From Geobacteraceae bacterium (GTDB taxonomy: Bacteria; Desulfobacterota; Desulfuromonadia; Geobacterales; Geobacteraceae): DNA of 31,967 bases. Where the stretch lies: NCBI GenBank assembly GCA_041481895.1, contig JBGPCQ010000016.1, positions 1 to 31,967 of the forward strand. The letters run 5' to 3'. A program made the translations under genes and the position numbers. Under the pieces are notes generated by a model. It was not told where the DNA came from, ran no database searches, and saw only the letters and a program-made list of their open reading frames with translations. Positions within the stretch are counted from its first letter, which is position 1. Each line of letters opens with the position of its first letter. Shown piece after piece: positions 27,114 to 31,967 of the stretch.

Positions 27114-27331
27114 TCCTCGTTAGCATGAGGCGTTTGCACAAACACAGGCTACTGCCCAGAAACGTCGAAAGACGCCAATGTGGTAGACCAGGTTCGGCCG
27201 GATTAAGGCTTTACCTAAGGTAGCTGGTATTCAAGTCCCGGAGTGGCGCGGAATAAGACTGTTTCCCCCCGGGACCAACCTACGTTGTGCACTGCCGAAA
27301 CTCAACCAGGGGGGAATTGTGCCTTTTTGCA
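27114..27331 (+). promoter_or_regulatory. M-box (ykoK leader) Mg2+ riboswitch aptamer and expression region
   Basis: CTCGTTAGCATGAGGCG...ACAGGCTACTGCCCAGAAACGTCGAAAGACGCCAATGTGGTAGACCAG...GGATTAAGGCTTTACCTAAGGTAGCTGG matches the conserved M-box core, and it precedes mgtE. Confidence 0.95.
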
Positions 27332-27334
27332 TGT

Positions 27335-27367
27335 AAGGCCCTTTCTCCCGAAAGGGCCTTTTTATTT
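27335..27367 (+). terminator. Rho-independent terminator of the M-box leader
   Basis: AAGGCCCTTT-ctcccg-AAAGGGCCTT followed by TTTATTT, immediately before mgtE. Confidence 0.93.
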
Positions 27368-27377
27368 GGAGCATGCC

Positions 27378-28646
27378 ATGAATGCGGTCATAAATGAATT
27401 GTTTTTGAGTTCGGTTCTCGGCAGACCGGTTATCAATCAGCAGGGCCGGGAAATCGGCAAACTATGGGATCTCATCATGGTTCCAGGAGACGGTTTCCCC
27501 GAAGTTTCCCATCTTCTCGTAAAAAAAGGAAAAAACCTTTTCTTTTTTCCCTGGAACTCAATCTCGCTCTTTAACAGTTTTGTCATATCAGTCCGCAACC
27601 AGTCAACAGAGTTATCCCCCTACCTGCCGCGGGATGGTGAGATTCTCGTCAGACGGGACATTCTGGACAAGCAGATCGTGGATGTCGAGGGTGCCAAAGT
27701 GGTCAGGGTGAATGACCTCAAACTCAGGAGTGACAAAGAGCTCTTGATCATCATATCAGTCGACATCGGGTTCAGAGGGCTGCTGAGGCGTCTCGGATAC
27801 GAGCGATTCTGGGAAAAAGTCACCATGCGGTTCAATAGAGAACTCCCTAACGAGGAGATCAGCTGGGAATACGTCCAGCCCCTGGGGGCTGATGTCTCCA
27901 GGCTCACCCTGACCATGGCCAGAGACCAGATGGCGGAAATGCACCCGGCCGACATCGCCAGCATCATTTCCCACATACCGCACAAACATATTCCGACCGT
28001 CCTGATTTCACTCGACTCGGAAACGGCCGGTGAAGCCATCCACGAACTGGACCCGGAGATGCGAAGGCGCGTAATCACCCAGATGGACAGCGAACAGGCT
28101 TCGGACATACTCGAAGATATGGCGCCCGACGAAGCAGCCGATGTGCTTGGCGACCTCCCCGAAGAAAAGGCCCGGGAACTCCTGAGATTGATGGATGAAG
28201 AAGAGGCCGAAGATATCATGGAACTCATGGAGCATGAGGAAGACACCGCCGGCGGCCTCATGAACAGCGAATATCTGGCCATTCCTGACGGCCTGACCAT
28301 CGAAGAAGCATTGGTGCAGGTGAGACTTCTTGCACCGGATGTGGAGACTGCGTATTACATCTACGTTATCGACAATGAAGAAAAGCCGCTCGGGGTGATC
28401 ACCCTGAAAGATCTTCTGACTAAAACTCCGGACACCCTGATCAGGGACATAATGACGACCAGTCTAAAAACCGTGCACGTCGACGCGGAACCGGAAGAAA
28501 TTCTTGGAATTATCGCAAAATACAACCTGGTTGCCGTTCCCGTACTTGACGATAAAGAGAAAATGGCGGGAATTGTTACTGTCGACGATATTCTGGAGCT
28601 TTTCCTCCCGTACGCCCTGCGCCGTAAGCGTTACCATCATCACTAG
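27378..28646 (+). CDS. Magnesium transporter MgtE-like protein with PRC-barrel-like N-terminus, MgtE-N and CBS domains
   Basis: HPADIASIISHIPHKHIPTVLISLDSETAGEAIHELDPEMRRRVITQMDSEQASDILEDMAPDEAADVLGDLP...EEAEDIMELMEHEEDTAGGLM and a CBS pair. The track ORF starts at 27243 inside the riboswitch; ATG 27378 follows GGAG. The protein ends at 422 aa, without the usual membrane domain. Confidence 0.9.
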   Translation: MNAVINELFLSSVLGRPVINQQGREIGKLWDLIMVPGDGFPEVSHLLVKKGKNLFFFPWNSISLFNSFVISVRNQSTELSPYLPRDGEILVRRDILDKQIVDVEGAKVVRVNDLKLRSDKELLIIISVDIGFRGLLRRLGYERFWEKVTMRFNRELPNEEISWEYVQPLGADVSRLTLTMARDQMAEMHPADIASIISHIPHKHIPTVLISLDSETAGEAIHELDPEMRRRVITQMDSEQASDILEDMAPDEAADVLGDLPEEKARELLRLMDEEEAEDIMELMEHEEDTAGGLMNSEYLAIPDGLTIEEALVQVRLLAPDVETAYYIYVIDNEEKPLGVITLKDLLTKTPDTLIRDIMTTSLKTVHVDAEPEEILGIIAKYNLVAVPVLDDKEKMAGIVTVDDILELFLPYALRRKRYHHH

Positions 28647-28688
28647 CGCCATGTAACATATACATCAGCTTAGGCTTTGCAAAACAGA

Positions 28689-28722
28689 GCGTGCCCAAAG
28701 TTTACGGCTTTGTTTGGCACGT
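28689..28722 (+). other. Candidate structured leader hairpin between the mgtE-like and Nramp-like genes
   Basis: GCGTGCC-CAAAG-TTTACGG-CTTTG-TTT-GGCACGT forms a 12-bp stem with one bulge inside a 152-nt intergenic region. Confidence 0.45.
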
Positions 28723-28798
28723 CATGAAACTGCCTTTGCCCAACCTGCGGGAAAATATGTATTACAAGGTACCAGTGCCCTGAGGACAAGAGACCTGT

Positions 28799-30100
28799 AT
28801 GTTTACCGGCATAAGTCTGACAAAATTGTTCAAGCCGATCGGCAAGGTCAACAGGAAAAACATTTTTCTTTTTCTTGCCATACTGGGACCGGGAATCATA
28901 ACCGCCAACGTGGACAACGACGCAGGAGGCATAACCACCTACTCGCTCGCCGGGGCACAGTTCGGCTATTCCCTTCTCTGGGTCATGCTTCCTACTACAA
29001 TCGCTCTGGTCGTCATCCAGGAGATGTGCGCCCGGATGGGCGCAGTCACCGGCAAGGGATTGTCGGACCTTATTCGCGAATCATTCGGCGTCAAGATCAC
29101 GTTCTATGTCATGATCGCCCTGTTTCTGACCAACATGGGGAATTCGATTTCGGAATTCGCCGGAATTGCGGCCAGCCTGGAAATATTCGGCATCAGCAAG
29201 TATGTTTCGGTGCCGATAAGCGCCGCTCTCGTCTGGCTGCTGATAGTAAAAGGCTCGTACAAGGTCGTGGAAAAGGTATTTCTCGTTGCCTGCATGGTCT
29301 ATATCGCGTATCCCATTGCCGCCTTCATGGCCGGGCCCAAATGGGACATCATTCTCACTGCAACAGTAGTACCGTCCTTCAAGTCCGACAGCACATACCT
29401 GGTCGCTCTGATCGGCGTTGTCGGCACGACCATCGCGCCGTGGATGCAATTTTACCAGCAGTCCGCAATAGTTGAAAAAGGGATAACCATAGACCAGTAC
29501 AATTTTTCCAGGCTGGACGTGATTATCGGGTGCATAATGGCCATAGTGGTAGCTTTCTTCATCGTCGTCGCCTGCGCATCCACTATATTTGTCCAGGGCC
29601 TCAAAATAGAAACCGCAGCTGATGCCGCCCTTGCCCTCAAGCCGCTGGTTGGCAAACACGCCTCGGCGCTCTTCGCTTTCGGCCTCTTCAATGCCTCGCT
29701 CTTCGCTGCCTGCATCCTCCCTCTCACCACGTCGTATTACATCTGCGAAGGTATGGGCTGGGAGTCCGGTATCGACAAGGACTTCCGCAAAGCTCCGCAG
29801 TTCTTCTGGCTATTCACTATTATCATTTCCATCAGTGCGGCTTTAATCCTTATACCCAATGCCCCTCTCATCAAAATCATGTTTCTCTCCCAGGTGGTGA
29901 ACGGGGCAGTCCTGCCATTCGTGCTGATTTTCATGCTGCTGCTGATAAATGACAAAAAACTCATGGGGAGCTATACCAATAAGCATACCTTCAATCTGAT
30001 CGCCTGGACAACCGTCATTATCATGATTGTTCTGACTTTGCTCATGACAATTGATCTCGTCAGCCCGGGAATTGTCGGATATTTGATCGGATTGTTCTAA
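28799..30100 (+). CDS. Nramp-related divalent metal transporter (non-canonical metal-binding motifs)
   Basis: FLAILGPGIITANVDNDAGGITTYSLAGAQFGYSLLWVMLPT...TTIAPWMQFYQQSAIVEKGI has the overall Nramp fold signature, but DAGG replaces DPGN and APW replaces MPH. Confidence 0.92.
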   Translation: MFTGISLTKLFKPIGKVNRKNIFLFLAILGPGIITANVDNDAGGITTYSLAGAQFGYSLLWVMLPTTIALVVIQEMCARMGAVTGKGLSDLIRESFGVKITFYVMIALFLTNMGNSISEFAGIAASLEIFGISKYVSVPISAALVWLLIVKGSYKVVEKVFLVACMVYIAYPIAAFMAGPKWDIILTATVVPSFKSDSTYLVALIGVVGTTIAPWMQFYQQSAIVEKGITIDQYNFSRLDVIIGCIMAIVVAFFIVVACASTIFVQGLKIETAADAALALKPLVGKHASALFAFGLFNASLFAACILPLTTSYYICEGMGWESGIDKDFRKAPQFFWLFTIIISISAALILIPNAPLIKIMFLSQVVNGAVLPFVLIFMLLLINDKKLMGSYTNKHTFNLIAWTTVIIMIVLTLLMTIDLVSPGIVGYLIGLF

Positions 30101-30170
30101 TTCTGCGAAATTTGGCACCGGGATCCCGGCCGACGGAGCAGGGTAGTCGCGCAACGACACCACGAAAGAA

Positions 30171-30205
30171 GAAAAGCCCGGGCTCACCGCCCGGGCTTTT
30201 CTTTG
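30171..30205. terminator. Bidirectional Rho-independent terminator
   Basis: GAAAAGCCCGGGC-tcacc-GCCCGGGCTTTTC, perfect 13-bp stem between convergent genes. Confidence 0.93.
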
Positions 30206-30242
30206 TGTCTATTCATAGTGTCCGGCATACCATTGAAGAACT

Positions 30243-30782
30243 TTATTCCATCAGGTCCGCCGGTACTCCGGCTGTTTCGGCCTCTTTCTTCAGGTCTTCA
30301 AGTTTTTTTCTCCGCATGAGGACACTGTTCTCAAGTGACTTTAACGTGCTCTGAACAGTGAGATATTCAGCTCTCGACATGCCGCTGGTATCCTGCATGC
30401 GGTGGCGGGTTTCGACCAACTGTTTTTCAGCAGCCTTCACGTCTGCATCCAGGGCTGCGAACTCCGACTTCCAGGTTTCGCTCTCCTTTCCCCCGTAGAA
30501 TGCTTTTTTCTTATCCTGCCTGGCTGCCGGCGCCCCCGACCTGATCTCCCTCGCCCCCTCAACTTTTCCCTTCTGCGCAGGTTTTTCGCCCTTTTCGTTC
30601 ACTTCAGCGGGGGGGAGTTCCGTGTCACCTAATACCTTGACCTTTTTCCGGTATCTGGCCGGAACATTGCCAAGGTCCTCGGTAAAATTTACGGTTCCCT
30701 GGGAATCCTCCCAGGTATACGTTTCAGCGATTGCGGGAAGGGCAATAAGTACCATTGAGATGCAGAAAACGGATATTTTCAT
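30243..30782 (-). CDS. Secreted DUF4124-domain protein with coiled-coil C-terminus
   Basis: MKISVFCISMVLIALPAIAETYTWEDSQGTVNFTEDLGNVPARYRKKV: signal peptide plus DUF4124 motif. Start moved to the internal ATG. Confidence 0.85.
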   Translation of the reverse strand: MKISVFCISMVLIALPAIAETYTWEDSQGTVNFTEDLGNVPARYRKKVKVLGDTELPPAEVNEKGEKPAQKGKVEGAREIRSGAPAARQDKKKAFYGGKESETWKSEFAALDADVKAAEKQLVETRHRMQDTSGMSRAEYLTVQSTLKSLENSVLMRRKKLEDLKKEAETAGVPADLME

Positions 30783-30824
30783 AGAGTTCTTCCTCCCTGC
30801 GTTATGTAACATATTACCAGGAAA

Positions 30825-31169
30825 TCAGCCTGGAGGCCAACCCAATTGCCGACCGGCAATGAGGTGAAAATGTATATGGAAAACCGATTGCCCTGCACCG
30901 GCATTATTATTGGAGACAATTCTGAAACCGCTTTCACTAACCCCCTTTTCCCTGGCGATACGGGCGGCAACAGAATAGATGTGGCCGATCAACTCATGGT
31001 CGGCAGGGTCGAGATCGAGGGCATTCACAAAATGCTTTCGGGGAATGAGCAGAACATGCAGCGGAGCAACCGGCGAGATATCCTCAATGACAACGACCTT
31101 TTCATCTTCGAAAACCTTCTTTGCAGGGATCTCCCCCTTGAGAATCCTGCAGAAAATACAATCGTTCAT
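30825..31169 (-). CDS. HIT family nucleotide-binding protein (HINT-like)
   Basis: CIFCRILKGEIPAKKVFEDE...PLHVLLIPRKHF...GQSVFHIHFHLIAGR (HxHxH motif). Confidence 0.97.
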   Translation of the reverse strand: MNDCIFCRILKGEIPAKKVFEDEKVVVIEDISPVAPLHVLLIPRKHFVNALDLDPADHELIGHIYSVAARIAREKGVSESGFRIVSNNNAGAGQSVFHIHFHLIAGRQLGWPPG

Positions 31170-31172
31170 CGG

Positions 31173-31967
31173 TTACTCCTTTTCGTCAGTATAGTACAGG
31201 ACCTCTTCACTTTCTACTCTTTTTCCCGTTCTCTTTTTCATGCAGATAAGAAATTCCCGGTTCCCTTTTTGTCCAAGAAGCGGCGATTCCGTTTCGCCCC
31301 TTACTTCGAGGCCGAGCTTTTCAGCCAGCGTACGGATTGAGCTGGTGACTTCCCGGTGCAGTTTATCATCCCGCACCACCCCGCCTTTTCCCACGAGTCC
31401 CCGCCCCACTTCAAACTGGGGCTTGATGAGGGCGACGATGACACCGCCGTCCTTTATGAGGCGGATGGTACGGGGAAGGACTTTGTCGAGTGAAATGAAA
31501 GAAGCATCGACAACCGCCATATCCGGAGACTCCTCGAGCCGGGCGGGCTCAAGATGCCTGATATTGGTCTTTTCCAGGTTTATCACCCGCTCGTCAGAAC
31601 GAAGTTTCCACGCAAGCTGACCGTACCCCACGTCAACGGCATATACCCTGCGAGCGCCCCGCTGGAGAAGACAATCGGTAAACCCCCCGGTAGATGCCCC
31701 CACATCAAGAACGACAAGCCCAGAGACATCCAGGGCAAATTCGTCCAGAGCTTTCTGAAGTTTCAAGCCGCCTCGGCTGACAAAGGGCAAAATTTCACCT
31801 TTCAGCCGAATTTCCGCATCCACGGGGACCAGTTGGCCGGCCTTGTCCGCCAGATGATCGCTCACAATAACCTGCCCGGCCATAATCAGGGCTCGCGCCC
31901 GCTCGCGCGAGGGAGCCATCCCCCGGTCAAGGATAAGTTTATCAAGTCGTGCTTTTTCCATTTTCAT
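31173..31967 (-). CDS. TlyA family rRNA 2'-O-methyltransferase/hemolysin-like protein
   Basis: ARLDKLILDRGMAPSRERARALIMAGQVIV (S4 domain); FVSRGGLKLQKALDEF...VLDVGASTGGFTDCLLQRGARRVYAVDVGYGQL. The start lies at the window edge, so the exact start codon is uncertain. Confidence 0.95.
   Translation of the reverse strand: MKMEKARLDKLILDRGMAPSRERARALIMAGQVIVSDHLADKAGQLVPVDAEIRLKGEILPFVSRGGLKLQKALDEFALDVSGLVVLDVGASTGGFTDCLLQRGARRVYAVDVGYGQLAWKLRSDERVINLEKTNIRHLEPARLEESPDMAVVDASFISLDKVLPRTIRLIKDGGVIVALIKPQFEVGRGLVGKGGVVRDDKLHREVTSSIRTLAEKLGLEVRGETESPLLGQKGNREFLICMKKRTGKRVESEEVLYYTDEKE

Noticed and set aside
27243-27377. N-terminal 45-aa extension of the mgtE-like ORF
   Set aside because: It overlaps the M-box and terminator. 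The real start is ATG 27378 after GGAG, giving a normal N-terminus.
28689-28735. Sigma-54-like TTTGGCACGTCATGAAAC
   Set aside because: The TGGCAC half matches the -24 element, but the TTGC -12 element is absent at the required spacing.
28714-29475. 253-aa forward ORF overlapping the start of the Nramp-like gene
   Set aside because: Out-of-frame shadow of the Nramp gene with no hydrophobic segments or recognisable motif.
28651-30815. Shared 11-mer ATGTAACATAT at 28651 and 30805, considered as a common operator
   Set aside because: Many shared 11-mer pairs are expected by chance in 32 kb, and the flanks do not match. Only the local inverted repeat at 28651-28665 was kept as a weak observation.

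Overview
The window looks like a core chromosomal segment of a Geobacter-like (Desulfuromonadales-type) deltaproteobacterium. That taxonomic call is inferred from gene content and style only. About 26 protein-coding genes are supported. They include ribD (partial)-dCMP deaminase-nrdR; a GGQ release-factor-like gene divergent from an HD gene, rtcB, a BioD/Pta-like gene and an archease gene; an AMP-ligase/ACP/acyltransferase fusion; an EndoQ-like PHP protein; an MshEN-domain protein; a 4-domain S1 protein; a secreted beta-carbonic anhydrase; an Opp/Dpp-type ABC locus without ATPase genes; an SLC5-like/GAF/SpoIIE-phosphatase sensor locus with STAS and HATPase partners; lgt; an M-box-controlled mgtE; an Nramp-related transporter with a non-canonical metal site; and DUF4124, HIT and TlyA genes. 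The non-coding features that stand out are: (1) a strong M-box (ykoK) Mg2+ riboswitch with promoter and terminator upstream of mgtE; (2) a dispersed, structured element present as two ~180 bp copies and one shorter divergent copy, with complementary ends and a compensatory change in the apical stem; (3) two degenerate palindromic intergenic repeats; and (4) an unlisted 35-codon Lys-rich small ORF with a Shine-Dalgarno downstream of the S1 gene. No CRISPR array, tRNA, rRNA or intact transposase was recognised.
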